Assembly (NCBI RefSeq): GCF_001194135.2
Contig: NC_068983.1
Coordinates: 100,906,074 to 100,970,073 of the forward strand
Length of the DNA: 64,000 nt
Direction: 5' to 3'
Origin: Octopus bimaculoides
Taxonomy: Eukaryota
Shown here: positions 47,518 through 61,389 of the stretch, piece by piece
How positions within the stretch are numbered: position 1 is the first letter of the stretch
How the letters are laid out: every line of letters starts with the position of its first letter
Made by a program: the position numbers and the translations under genes
The notes under the pieces: generated by a model
The model's input: only the letters and a program-made list of their open reading frames with translations
What the model was told of the DNA's origin: nothing
The model's database searches: none

Positions 47518-50500
47518 GGCAGAAACAGGTGTGCTGCTATGGAGGAGATACATGGCTACCCAGCCAGAGGGAAGAGCAAGAGAAAGAGAGAGACAGAGAG
47601 TGGGAAACAGCAAAAGTACAAGAGAGAGCAGGAGAGAGAGATGGTGGTGAGGTACCAGGGTATATTCACAAGTAAGAAGGATCAGAGCATAGATGGGAAG
47701 AAAGAGACAAATGGTGGCAATTACCAGGGCATGCCCTCAAGGTATGGAGGTCATAATATATGTGGCCAGGTATTGCCAAGGCTTAAAGACTTAAAAAAAT
47801 AAAGATAAATCCTGGGGGGTCTATTTATTCAACTGAAAAATCCTTCAAGGTGACACCTCAGCATGGCCACAATCAAATGACTGAAACAATTAAAAAATAG
47901 AAGATAGAAGAGCTGTGACAATCTGACATGCCACTCATTCAAGAGAACTTTGAAGATTTGGAGTTTTATTTTCAGCCAGATAGAGCACATCACCCTACTT
48001 CCAGAATAATGTAAGAGGCTACCTTGATAAGATTCTGACAAATAGGTGGATTGGACAAAGTGATTAAGTGGAATACCCTCCACATTCTCTAGACCTGATA
48101 TGGGTAAACTTTTTTTTCCTGGAAATGCTTAAAAGATACAAAACTGGCGACATTTGATGAATTGAGGGCAGCCATTGCATGAGAATGCACAAAAATACTG
48201 AATGAAATGTTTCTTGATGTTTGTGATTCAATTGGTTCACACTATCAGCAATACCTGGACAAGAATAGTCATCAGTTTCAAAACAGGCATACTTAAAAGA
48301 ATTAGATTCTATCAGCAGATTCTATTAAATTTAAAAAATTAAATGTACTTTAATAAGTATTGACTTGATAATCATTTAATGTAAATATACATTTTTGGGG
48401 ACATCTTCTGTGTGTGTATGCATGTGTGCGTATATATGTGTGTGTGTGTGTGTGTGTGTGGATGTATATATGATGATGATGATAGCTGTCAACTCATAAC
48501 TGAGGAAGACTATCACTGACCATTGTCCATGCAAAATGTCAGCAATGCCTGTGCATGAGGTTACTGCACCAGCATTTGGCTTCACCTGAGTTCACACCTG
48601 TGACTTCTATGCTCACCGTGGTGTCCTTGTACTTGACCAGGCATCAGATGGTTGCCTCACAGGCAATTGCACAACCTAGTTTTAGGTCTAATAAGGCTTG
48701 CACAGCACCTCACAGACCACTCTACCCTACTGACATGATCAAGAGACAAACCACAGCAAGATATCCAGTGCCAATATGAATTACAGGTTCAGGAATGTGA
48801 GAGTACCATGATCTCAAACACAAGCAACAGATCCCCAAAATGTTCAGTGCCATTCCCCACATATCTGGTTTTATATTTGAGTGACCTTCTCCTAGAGGCA
48901 TGCTTTAACCAAAGCTACGAGAGGTCTCACACCCAGTGGTCTTCCAGCATGCTGGACACCAGTCCAGAACTTCTGAGGGCCTGTACTATTGCTATATAGT
49001 CAATGAATCTGCAATAGGTTCATCTGCCCTTTTGACAAGTCTTGTTTTTTGTCCTGCTAGGTTTCTAGCAATCCTCCTCACCAGGCAAGCCTAGTGGTGG
49101 TGTTGGTTTAGTTGCTGATGACCAAACCATGTGGCAGGTCACATGTGGGGGTTGGTCATGAGTGCTACTGGTAACATGGAATCCATTACAACCTGTTGCA
49201 TGGTTGGGTGTGTGTATACACACACACATATATATATTATATTTTAAACAGTTATATATTTAGCTTTAATCGAAATAAGGTTTTTAATATAAATTATTTA
49301 TTATAGGTATTCTTTTATTAGTTTCTGATTTAATAAGGATATTTTAGTATTATCTATTAAATTATTGGTATTAGTTTAACATTAAAGCATGTAAGGATAA
49401 CAAATATTTAATATGTATGGAGTGTTTAATATTAACTTTTGGGTTATGAAATAGTGTAATTCACTCAGAATTAGTTATATTATTAGTTAAGTTCAATCGA
49501 GTTTTGTTTTGAAAGAATAGAATATAAAAGCTTTCACTTTTATATGAATAACTATGGCAGACTGGTGGGAATATTATCTGCATGAACTTCAAGGGCTAGG
49601 TTGCTATTTAGTTAGGCAATTTAGGAGTTAGTTATAGGTTTAATTAATTTACTGATACTGTTTTTGTACATAGAGTAAACGTGTTCCTTTGTTGTAGTTT
49701 AATTAATAATGTGTTTAATACTCCCTAGAATTAAGATCGATATCTAAGGTATGTGTGTTCCGAAACAATACTTATTTTAGTGCTGTTGACAGTACTGGAT
49801 TGAATGGCACTGCCCAGGTGTTGAAACCATAGTGATGTCTATGGGACAGCTGATGATGGAGGTATATTGGATTGTTGGTATAGTGGTTATTATTTGTTGT
49901 AATAGTTTTTAACATCCATTTGAGATATATATATATATATATANNNNNNNNNNNNNNNNNNNNNNNNNNNNNNNNNNNNNNNNNNNNNNNNNNNNNNNNN
50001 NNNNNNNNNNNNNNNNNNNNNNNNNNNNNNNNNNNNNNNNNNNNNNNNNNNNNNNNNNNCAGACTGTAAAGTTTGCTGACAAAATATAACTAGCCTACCG
50101 AATCTCTCTCATTAGCCAACACTCTTGTTAGTGTTGATAACATTGGTATCCTTTACAACTTAAAATTAAGTTGATAGTCTCACAGTAGTATTTTTATTTT
50201 ACATTGTTGTGCAGGTTGTGACAAGCCATGAAGCTGCATGATTTATAATTGTTGTGAACAATATAACCCTGATTAGCATTGAACAGAAGGGTCTCTACCA
50301 CAAGTACATATGCACATACATACATGTGTGTGTGTGTATGTGTGTGTGTGTGTGTGTGTGTGCGCGCACACGCATGCGCATGTACATACACACATGTATG
50401 CATACATTTGTACAGAAACATCTGCAGGCATCCATCATTCTTGAACATCTCTCCTTACTCATTTTGATATTGACACAAATGAATTGCAAGGTAACAGTAG

Positions 50501-52569
50501 GGAGTCTTAAAGTTGTAATTAAAGGCAACAACTTAAATTGGGTGAATAAGAAGCAGTTTTCCATGTTAATTTTTTAAGTTAAAATCAAAGATGAACCCAT
50601 TTTTTCCAAATAATTTCTAGTTTGGAAGAAAGGGACTGCATCCATGATCTTTGAAGGCTATCTGAGACCTGTGAGATTGATACTTCCATAAGTGGAATGT
50701 TGTGAGCATTCTACTTAGACTGTTGCAAGTTGATGACTGCAGGAACGAAATGTGCAAGGAAAGAACTCTATAGATATAATATTCTGGAGAGGAAACATTG
50801 GGTTTAGGGGTTAATGAGAGGTCTAAAATCATTGGACATTACATGACTTAGGAAACATGTAATAGATAAGTCACATGTTTATGGCACTGAGATGAGATTA
50901 ACTAGTTTCAAACAATAGGCAGAGACTAGAGACAGAGGATAGGCAGAAACTATGGACCAGAGGCTAAAGTGCATTTCTTAGTAACTTCATGCCTACCAAT
51001 CAAGTGACTTCTTTTCAAGATTTGTCTTGGATGATTGTAAGTGAAACAGCAACAATATCCTAAATGTGGGAACAGTACTTTATAATGTGTCTTACCTGAG
51101 CTTTGTCAAAGCTGAAGTATTTTCTGGCTCTAAAGGGAATGGTCAGTCTTTCATATGCAGTCTTTGCTATGTTGAGAATGTGCATTCACCTGGAGAGATC
51201 CATAGTAATAGTGAGGCCTAATATTTGGAATGATTACAATGGTTCTAGTTGTGGGCTGCTCATGTTTAAGTAAAATGCTAATGTTTTCTTGTTATGTGAA
51301 GTGATTGTGTTTTTTATTATTGAAAGAGTCAAGACTGGCATGAACTCAGTAGACTCTTGGAATCAGCGCAGATGAACTGCAAAGCCAACTAGAAGTATAC
51401 ATGAATGAACAGAGAGATGAAAGGTTGATAGGATACCTCAGTTCTGCTACAGGCAGCCTCTTTAGAGCTAGTGGCATAATAACATGTAATTTGTTCACAC
51501 TGTAAAGTAGTTGGTGATAGGGAGGGTATACACCTCACCAAAAATACAAACAAGTAGAACTCCATTGGTTACAACAAAGGTTCCAGTTGATCCAGTCAAT
51601 GGAACGGCTTACTCATGAAATTAATGTGCATGTGGTTGAGTACTTCACAGACATGTGTACTCTTGACATAATTTTCAAGGAGATTCAGTGTGACACAGAA
51701 TGTGACAGAGCTGGCCCTTTGACTTACAGGTACTACTCATTTTTGTCAGCTGAGTGGAATGGAGCAATGTGAAATAAAGTGTCTTGCTCAAGGACTACCA
51801 TGCGCTATCAGGAATCAAACTCATAATGTGACAATGGTGAACTGAAAACCCTTACCACTAAGCCACACACCTTCACTAAGCCACATGCCAAAAGTACAAT
51901 GACATGCAACAACAAAGTTGACCAGTTTTACTGTGACGAGCCACAAAAAACAAGATCCATGCACTCCATGTGAGCATGTTAAAGCAGCTGCATCATCATC
52001 CTCATGAAGAAGGAGGAGAAGGAAGAGGAAGAAGAGGAATAAGTAGCTAACAGTTAAAAATAAGATTGTAAATTTAGTGTTATAGAAAAACAGAATTATT
52101 TAGAAATGAAATAACTTAAGGATGTCATCTACATGAAAACAATTGGTAAGTTAGAGTTAACATACTTAACATTCAAAATATTAAACAGTTTAGAGAAAAA
52201 TATATATAGTGAGAAAAAAATTATATTAGTTAGTCACTAGCTAATGTCATTTTAATTTTTTCTGGTTAAGTATGAGTGACAACCCCAAACATATTTAAAT
52301 CTTATTCAGAACCTATAGAAGGTGAGAAGAATCAACATGTATATTGGTCTAGAACCTGGAGAGCCAAGAAGAAGCCCATGGCTATCTGCAAGGCACTCTC
52401 TAAAAAAGAAACTTTATAAACTTTTTGAACATTGAGATGGTCCCAAAAGCAATCTTATTCTGGCTTGCCAAATTTCCCTTGGCCTTATTCTCAACTTATC
52501 AGCAAAACAGAGCCTTTGCTATACTCAATTGCTTTATTTTATTCTGTGTCAGTTTTGAGCAATAGAATT

Positions 52570-53044
52570 GTTGGTTAAAGGAGGCATGGCTGTTAATCCT
52601 CAGATTAACACCAAATGCTCTGAAGACCCTGTCTGGAAACAGGACTGAGCACCATGCCACACCAGCAGGAGAACCCAGACATGACTGTTAGACAATTTCT
52701 GTGACTACACCACCCCTAACATCTGGCCACCTAACTCCCCAGACTGCAACCCCCTTGATTATTATGTGTGGGGTGCAGTTGAGCGAGAGACCAACAAAAC
52801 TCCTTGTAAAAAAAAAAAAAACTGAAGGTAAGGATTATGGCAGCATTCACCAACTTAAACAAGGAGACCATCCAGAAGAGTTGCAGGAGATTCCGAAATC
52901 CATGGCGATTTTATTGAATAAATTTACTCTTTAGTATTTCAAGATATTTTTATGTAATTTTGGTAAATATATCTGTTAAAATGAGATGTCAGTGTTATTT
53001 TCATTTTTGTGTAATTTAGACGACAATTTATTCACTGCACCCTG
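52570..53044 (+). mobile_element. DD37D (maT-type) mariner 3' remnant with terminus
   Basis: VWKQD*APCHTSRRTQT*LLDNFCDYTTPNIWPPNSPDCNPLD gives 37 residues between D and D; ends CACCCTG|TA. Confidence 0.8.
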
Positions 53045-53429
53045 TATCCCCCTGTTACCTAGCAGTTCAGCAAAAGAGGATGAAAGAATAAGTACCAGTC
53101 TTAAGAAACAAAATAAGTATTGGGGTCAATTTGCATGACTAAAAAATTCTTCAAAGCGATGCCTGAGCATGGACACAGTCTAATGACTGAGACAAGTAAA
53201 ATAAAATAAAATAAAATAAAATAAGTTTCCAACAACCCAATTGCTTGTCTTCCACTTTTTTGATGATTATCAAAATAGTGATGAAAGAATCACTAAGTAA
53301 ATGAACAAGATTGTACATTTGTTGATGTTACTAGTTTGTATCCAATCTATTGGCATTGTCTACTTTGTTAACAATTTGTAGAAAACTAGATAATGTTGTA
53401 TCTTGCTAAAAGGAAGGGCTCTTAATACT

Positions 53430-53642
53430 GATTTTAAATTTTGGCACAAGGCCAGTAATTTCACAGGAGAAGATAAGACAGTTACATTGGACCTCAGCGT
53501 CCAACTGGTACATATTTTATTGACCCTGAAAGTATGAAAGGCAAAGTCAATCTCAGTGGAATATGAACTCAGAATGTAAAGACAGATGAAATGCCGCTAA
53601 GCATTTTACGTAGTGTGCTGACAATCCTGCGAGCTTGCTGCC
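53430..53642 (-). mobile_element. SINE family D
   Basis: Reverse complement of the 43928 type. Confidence 0.8.
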
Positions 53643-54159
53643 TTTAAAGCTCTTTTAAATGAGAAACAATTCAAAATAGGATTATTCAAAACTTTATAAG
53701 AAACACAGCAATTTACAAAAGTGAGTGGAAGAGCTCTCTCAAGAATTTATCCTTGCTTTTTATAATAGTATAATGCTTTGAATACTTTGGCACCGTATGT
53801 GAGGAGCATTTTATGATGTACTGTGGTTTGTATGAGTGTTATATATATGCATATTATATATGCATGTGTGTGTGTGGCTTCTATTTAAAATTCATTTCTA
53901 ATCTTTTGACAAGTTAAAGAAACTTTTTTTTTTGTATAATTTTTGACTTGCACTGCAATAGTAGTAAGGAATGTTCTATCTGAAACATTGATTGACAAGA
54001 CCACTGTCAGTAAACTATTTTCATTTAAAAACAGGCACCAGTTTTAGTGGCATACATTTTTGCTGTACTCATGACTCTGACTGTATTGACAGATAGGTAA
54101 GTTTTGTAACATGAAAGTTATCCAAAATTGTGTGATTTGACAGTGCTGAGATGTAATCC

Positions 54160-54510
54160 ATTTCATCATAGTCATATTCGTTGTTGTTGTTATTGTCGCT
54201 GTTGTTGTTGTTGTCGTTGTCGTTGTTGTCATTGTCGTTGTCATCATTGTCATTCCCCTCCTCCTCCTCCTCCTCCTCCTCCTCATCATCATCATCACCG
54301 CCGCCGCCACCACCACCACCACCCTTTAATGTTTGATTTTCATGCTGGCATGAGTTGGACAGTTTGGCAGGAGCTGACAAGCCAGGGAGCATCACCATGT
54401 TACTCTCCAGTTGTCTGTTTTGGCATGGTTTTTATAGCTGGATGCCCTTCCTAATGCCAACTACTTTACAGAGCATACTGGATGTTTTTTAAGTGGCACC
54501 AGCACCATTC
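54160..54510 (-). mobile_element. RTE 3' end with tail expanded into a compound trinucleotide microsatellite
   Basis: RTE 3' motifs at 54325-54510; (GTT/GTC)n(CCT)n(CAT)n(CGC)n(CAC)n at 54175-54322. Confidence 0.8.
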
Positions 54511-54544
54511 TACTTAAAGTTTGATTAATAACTTTGGTATATTA

Positions 54545-54780
54545 CCTGTGATATATGAAACTTCATAAGTGTTTATGATATTATAATACAGTATCTAATG
54601 ATGTGTATGAATTCATAAGAGTGGAATATTTTATGAGGTGTATAAGCTCATAAGTGTAAAATACTTTATGATGTGTATAGGCTCATAAGTGTAGAATATA
54701 TATGATGCATGTGGCACCGTATGTGAAGAGTACTTTATGATGTACTGTGGATTGTAAGAATTTTATATATATGCATGTGT
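54545..54780. repeat. Degenerate minisatellite with a unit of about 34 bp
   Basis: Unit resembling TTTATGATGTGTATAGGCTCATAAGTGTAGAATA repeated about 5-6 times. Confidence 0.7.
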
Positions 54781-56719
54781 GTGTGTGGCTTCTATTTAAA
54801 ATTCATTTCTAATCTTTTGACAAGTTAAAGAAACAGCATAGCATCTAGTATCTAATTGCTTAATTTGAACGTAGTTGAATGTTTGTTTCTCTCAGTAACC
54901 TGTCAAAAATGTCATTCCAATAGCCCCTCATTCAGTTATTAAACCACCTCAGTTTCAAAATATGATAAATAAATCATCAACTACAAAGCAAAAACAGAAA
55001 AACAGAAAAGAAAACAACATAGAATAAAAGATACAAAGACTGTGCACTCAATGATACAAAATTAAATAAACAAGTCTTTTCTATAATGAAGTTTTTAATC
55101 TAGAAAATATCAGGATGAGTAAATAAAGAATAAGAATGTAATAACAAATACAAAAGTATCCAGTAACGAATCAATAACTTCTACTCAGGATTATGATAAA
55201 ATTGACATATAATCCTTGTAATTATGACAAGTTCATATCTACGAAAGTAAGCAAGAAAGAAATATGAGTTTGTATTATTCACTTGTTCAATGTGTATGAG
55301 ATAACTAGGGAAGTATGTAATGGTTGCCTGAAAGTAGTTAATACAGAAATTAACTTCAGGTAAGTTCTCTCAAAGATTTTAAAATAATATCAAATTGGTG
55401 CATTTTGTTGTGTTTCTTTTGCACAAGAATTAAAAAATATGTTTGGCCTAGTCATCGTTTCTTTAGTATCATTAAATGATGACACAATGACTATCCTACC
55501 GTTACATAAATACCCTCCAAAAAATGAAGTGTTTTGCTTTAATTTTCTGATACTCTACTAGATCTATTCTCCCTAATTACTATAAACCTTGTTACATTTT
55601 ACCTGATGATAAATGTACTTCTAATGTATTTCAATCTGTCATTGATATTATATGTTACTTGTTATACATCACCCATCTCAAGAGCTAAATATATTACAAA
55701 GTAAATATCAACAATTCTAGCTTAAAATAAGTTAGTGGGTAAACATTATTTATTCCCTTCCACTTCTTACATGGGCTGCTGTGTAAACATCTTATATTCC
55801 CAAGTTCCTTATACAGTACCAGGTAAAGTAATCCAACTACCAAAATTACACATAGCAAAGTAAATGAAACCTTTCTCACTCAAATACTTTAGATGATGTG
55901 AAATTTGCAGTTAAGCTAGCATTAGAAACTAACAGAAGTACTGCAAAAAGAGGAAAAGGCAGTAAAAAGCAATGATCAAACAATGTTTTTCAAGGACACA
56001 TTAATAGTTTAGACAGATTTTGACAAAATGGCCATGAAACAAAAGTAAAAAACTACATATACAAGGGAAAAACCCACTTGACTTTGTCTCTTTCATACTT
56101 TCCTAAGCCATATTCACAGTTGAGTTGAAGATTGTAAATTTAATGAAATGCTTCTCAAGTTGACAATGCTACATCTGCTTATATAAGTGAGTTATTTCTT
56201 CTCTACTGTACTCTTTAGATACAATTATAGTAGAAATCCTCACTGTTGTAAGCAGTGGTATGTTTTGTCAACTTGCAGAGAGTATTATTAGATTTACAAT
56301 CTTCAACTTAATTGTGGATATGGGCTGTTAGGATCAGGTAGCAGAGAGTGATGGCTGTCATTACTACAAGATGTGATGACTACTTTATATGAGCCCCAAG
56401 TTCAGTTGGCTCTAGCTGACAGCATCTGAAATGAGCCTCTGTCTTGGATTACAGATTTCCCCTTTTCTTTGAGACCCCAGATTGACGTTTGACATAACCG
56501 GTCTGGCACTATTGTTGAGAAAGGAGAATGGATGGAATTTAAGGTGAGTACCTTGCTATAAATACTCAATTTTCCACAGAAATGATGAGCATCTTCAACC
56601 ATTCGTTAACAAGCCAGTAAGGAAACATCACATCTGCTGATCCATCTGTGATGGGTGTCGAGCCAGAGTGGAAAGGACATTTAGATGTAAGTAATATTTT
56701 GAAATAATATTTTGAATGC

Positions 56720-58240
56720 CAAGAACTCAAGATTGACCACTTGGAATGTCTGTACACTGTTTTGAAATATAACAGTTGAAACAAGTGATACAAGAGATGG
56801 GCATTTAATGCATTGGTATCCTGGACACCAGTAGGATACACTGGATCAGCCAAGGATGCATCAGCAGAGAAGATAAGACAGTTTTACACTCTGGTCATGA
56901 AAATCATCGTACTGGAGATGCTGGCATTATCTGGAGTGAGTATGCACTAATTGGATAGAGACCAGTAAATGACCAGATTATCACAGTGAAGGCCATCACT
57001 AGACATGCCAAAGTAAAGGTGGTGCAGACTTACCCCAAGAGGTTGCAACACAAGAAGATAACAAAGTGTTGTATAACCACCTGTAGAATTTCCTCAACAG
57101 CATTCCATGGTATAACATCAAGCTACAAATGAGTAACTTCAAAGCTCAACTGAAGAATAACAGACACAAGTTATTCCTGATTGTGTGGCTTCATGGCTTA
57201 ATCAACAGTGTGACAAAGAATGGTAGGAAGATTCTGGAGTTGATTATCTTCTGCAGTTTTAGTACCTCATTCTTAATTCTGAAGCATATCTACAAAACAT
57301 CACAGACTTCCTGTGTGGTAAATTCAGAAATTAAACTTACATCTACATTAATACTTGTTGACAGTCTCCTAACAAGACATACATATCTTCTGTGGAGCAA
57401 ATGTTAGTCCAGACAACAATCTAGTGATTGCTTGAATGTACTTGAAGTTAAAGAGGATACTGACAGCAAAGACAGAGTGGCCTAACATAAAGGAAGCTCT
57501 CAAGCAAGTGAAAACTTTGACTAAATTCATTGAGGCAATGAAATAGAATTTTCAAGTTTTGGAGAGAGGGTTTGATTATTAGAAACAATGGATTCATATC
57601 CAACAGGTCATCACATTTAGTGCTAATGCAGTATTTGCACACAGGTAGGGCAACATTCTGGCATTATGGATCTCCACACCTTAATGGAACCTGATTGATG
57701 AGAAGAAAGAAATAAAAAGCAAAGGAGACCAAGTGAAGGATGTGCAGACATGGAAGCAACAAGACAGTGAGGATAGACACCAAAACAAGTCTATAATAAG
57801 GAGTTGTAGGGAGTCAAGAAGATATAGATCAAGGAGATGGGCAAGGAGGCAGATGAAGCAACAAAGTGAAATGGCACCAGATGTCTGTACAGAAACACAA
57901 AAGCTGAGAGGAGCAAGAAGTGGTTCATGTGTACCACTTTAGAGTAAGGATGATTAGACGGTGGTAACAAACATGGAGCACTTAATTGGGTCAGTATAAC
58001 ATTTCCAAGAAGTTATGAACTGGTCAGACACTGTCAATCTCTTTGACTTCATATGACAGAGACCCTTGATGGATCAGTTGCAGGGAACAAATGAGGGCCT
58101 CTCAACGGTAAAAGGTGTCAACGCCATTCATTGCTTGAAGAACAACAAGACAGCAGAGATAGACAAGATAACTGCAGACCTGGTTAAACACGAAGGAGAT
58201 GTCACAACAGAAAAGTTGAGACATCTTTGCAACTTATTGT
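56720..58240 (+). mobile_element. Old RTE-like LINE remnant (endonuclease to pre-RT region)
   Basis: TWNVCTL, VLHSGHE, RPVNDQII, SNFKAQL and KNNKTAEIDKITADLVK fragments with many stops. Confidence 0.7.
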
Positions 58241-58337
58241 ACAGGTTACACACGTTTATTATATTATGTTATTGCTTTTATATTTTACTTGATTACTCAT
58301 TTAAAAAAAATTATTACTCCTGTATTAAAGTTATTGA

Positions 58338-58580
58338 AGGTGCATGACTCAGTGGTTAGAGCATCGGGCTCACAATCACAAGGTAGTGAGTTCGATTTAC
58401 AGACCAGGCTGTGTGTTGCATTCTTGAGCAAGACACTTTGTTTTACATGGCTCCTGTTCACTCAGCTGTACAAATGAGTTGCAATGTCACTAGTGTCAAG
58501 CTGTATCAGACTGCTGGTCTTCCATAAACAACCTTATGCAATCCCATGGTCATACACGACTAAAGGGGGTCTTTACCCTT
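58338..58580 (+). mobile_element. SINE family B with internal deletion
   Basis: Colinear with 14331-14650. Confidence 0.85.
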
Positions 58581-59508
58581 TATTGAAGTTATTTGGCAGA
58601 TTAATTTATTTACATATTCCTATGCAGATTTTTTTCTATGTTCTTATATATTTCAAAATTGAGTTCCATCTGTTTATTTTGACTGGCATTTTCCCTGTCT
58701 GTGTGTCCATGGTTTTGTCTCTGCTTTCTTCATATCTTTATGTCTCTATCTATCAAATTTATTTATCTATTGCATGCTTTCTAATTGCTTCTACTTCACT
58801 CCATAAGACCTGGGTTTTTGTCACTCTATATTTGATACAAGTTGTCAGTTGTAACTACTAGTATCTTTTAACTTAGATCATACCTCTTCTCATTTTTATA
58901 CTTCTTACTATTTTCCCTTTTTTTTTTTACTCTCTTCCATTTTTCTTCCCCAATCATCATTTTCCTCCCTTCCTCTTCTTTCCATATGTGCAAATCTCCC
59001 ATGTTTATAGTAAGCTTATACATTTATTTATTTTTGCCCTTAACTTTTACTTGTGTTTCATGATACTCATTCACTCCTGTCTTAATTTTAAATTTCAATT
59101 TTTATCTCTTACAACATTTTTTGTATACTCTTGAATTCTAAAAGGACTCTTCCCTCATTGTATTTATTATATCTATTTTTATGCATATAGATGATTTGTG
59201 TTATTCAATTTTGATTCAATTTCAACTCACTTATAATGTTATGATTTTCTGGTCAATCGTTTATTCATCCAACAAATTCCCATTATTCTGAAAAATAATA
59301 ATGCTCTGTGCAGTCAGCTTTAAGCGTTTGTTTGATGATTTGCTAAATATCTACCACTGCACCATTTATATACATTTATAAACTATAGCATTGTTCATAA
59401 ATACTGTCTTATGATTGGTTATGCAAAACTAAGTAACAGTGAAGTTTTTTCAGCTTCAATAAAACACTATACATCTCTCCCCCACCTCTCTCTCTCTATC
59501 TATCTATC

Positions 59509-59545
<37 letters not shown>

Positions 59546-61389
59546 CATCTGAACTGTGTGAAAATAAAAATAATAGTGTGGGTAGCTATTAGACACAATT
59601 TGTTGGACACCCAATGCTCATAATTCTTAGACTAGCTACAAATGGTAAAAGAAAACACCTTTCAAGAGCAAATTGTCAGAAGCTGCATAGGAACCAAAGG
59701 GAAGTAGCTAAAAATAATTAGATCCACTCTGTGTGAGGGTATGTATGTAATTAATTGAGTGGAGAATGAGAATGAAATTTTGTTGGTTAATGAATCTGAT
59801 TCTCAGCTGCTTTGGCCACAAGCGGTGGGTAACGCTAATTCTATTAATGTTGGAGAAACAGTGAGGGTTTTAAGCTTTGTAACCAGTAGCATGATGATGG
59901 TCATTGCTGATGCCATCACCGTCATCATCGTTGTCGTCATCGTCATCATCATCATCATCAACACCATCATCAAGTGAGTAGTATTAGTTGTCAGAAGGAG
60001 CTTAGAACAAATCAACATGTCAGTTTGTTAAGCAGACTAATCCAATACATGTTATTGTAGATAATACATGCACCCCCACCCAACTACACACCTCACATGC
60101 AAACATACACACACCTACACACATACACTCCAACAGAAAAATGGAATTATCAGCTTGTTCTGTAAAGAATGTAAAGCATGTCCAATCTTACAACTGTCCC
60201 TTAAAATTTAGCAAAATATATATCTTAAAAAGCCCCCATGAGACTTATCCAGAACATGCTGACATTCCCCAACAAGCAAATTATACATCATACTGAGACA
60301 GTTGTATAGAATTTAAAGAAAAGCATAAATGATAGTGTAACCCACACTCATCCACCAATCAAGCTACTTTTTTTTAACAACTTTTTACACTTCTAACTGT
60401 TGTTTTCATTGAATCATTCTGTCTTTCAATAACCTTCAATCAAAGCAGATTGACAAAGCAACTGTTTTTAATACAGATTAAAAGTAAGACAAACACCTAT
60501 ATTGATTTCAGCTGAACCTGTCCATTTAACCATTCTTATGCAATAGACTCTGAGTAGAGGACATGATTAGGTTCTAGTTTCAGTTTTCTTTGTAGCTAAT
60601 ATTAGCACAGTCAAAATAGAGGATTTAACAAACCAAATAAACAATAGAGAAAGAAAAACGAAGAACAATCAATGTATGAACTGTCACTGCTATAACTTGT
60701 AGCCACAATATTTTATCTATAAGGCTGACATTTCCTTTCATTCTTCCCAGTTAGTAAAAATAAGTATCTGTAATAAACTAAGGTTGAATATCTTGAAGAC
60801 AGCTTCCCTCAATACAAATTGTCTGGGGACTAAAGAATGAAAGAAAACTGAAATAGATATTTAGTTGTATTAAGATAATTACATACATCATTTACACTGA
60901 ATACTGGATTAGTTTACATAAAAAATCCTGCATCAACAACAAAATAGCTGCAATTACACCTGACAGAAATGGCCCAGTATCAAGAGACTAAACCAAACCA
61001 ACAGATTAAAAGGTAATGATATTTACAGTTTATTTTCTTTTATATAATGTTATTGCCTAGAGTGATAAACTAAATATATTTAGCCATGTAACAATGGATC
61101 TTTTTACAAAGCTGAAAAGAAAAATGTCCAAAGAAAAAGAATAAAATAAAACAATAACAAAAAGTAATTATATTACAAATTGAAGTAAAAATTTGATTTT
61201 TGATTTGTTCAATAGAAACATTTTTTCCCTTAATGATTTATTTCTCTGATTTGGATTAGTCTGAAATATGTATCCCATGCAATTCAGCTGAAATATTTAT
61301 TACTGTTCTCAAATAGGTTATAACTTACTTCATGTTTTCTTTCATTTAACAATATTTTGAGGGCCTTAAACTTTAGGACTGTATTCATT

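Noticed and set aside
54044-54454. ORFs with poly-E/D/N, poly-R/T or poly-C/P/H tracts
   Set aside because: These are translations of the compound trinucleotide tail of an RTE fragment, with no splice or start context.
54545-54780. CRISPR-like repeat-spacer appearance of the minisatellite
   Set aside because: The units are contiguous and degenerate with no unique spacers, the context is eukaryotic, and there are no cas genes.
55694-55879. MRKVSFTLLCVILVVGLLYLVLY..., resembling a type II signal anchor
   Set aside because: It starts at GTG rather than ATG, has no recognisable homology and no partner exons. Hydrophobic stretches are expected by chance in T-rich DNA.
59759-60018. ORFs with ENENEILL... 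and poly-I/M/T runs
   Set aside because: Largely (CAT)n microsatellite, with no domain recognised.
60740-60840. Strong minus-strand acceptor followed by PRQFVLREAVFKIF...
   Set aside because: No matching donor before the stop and no recognisable protein.
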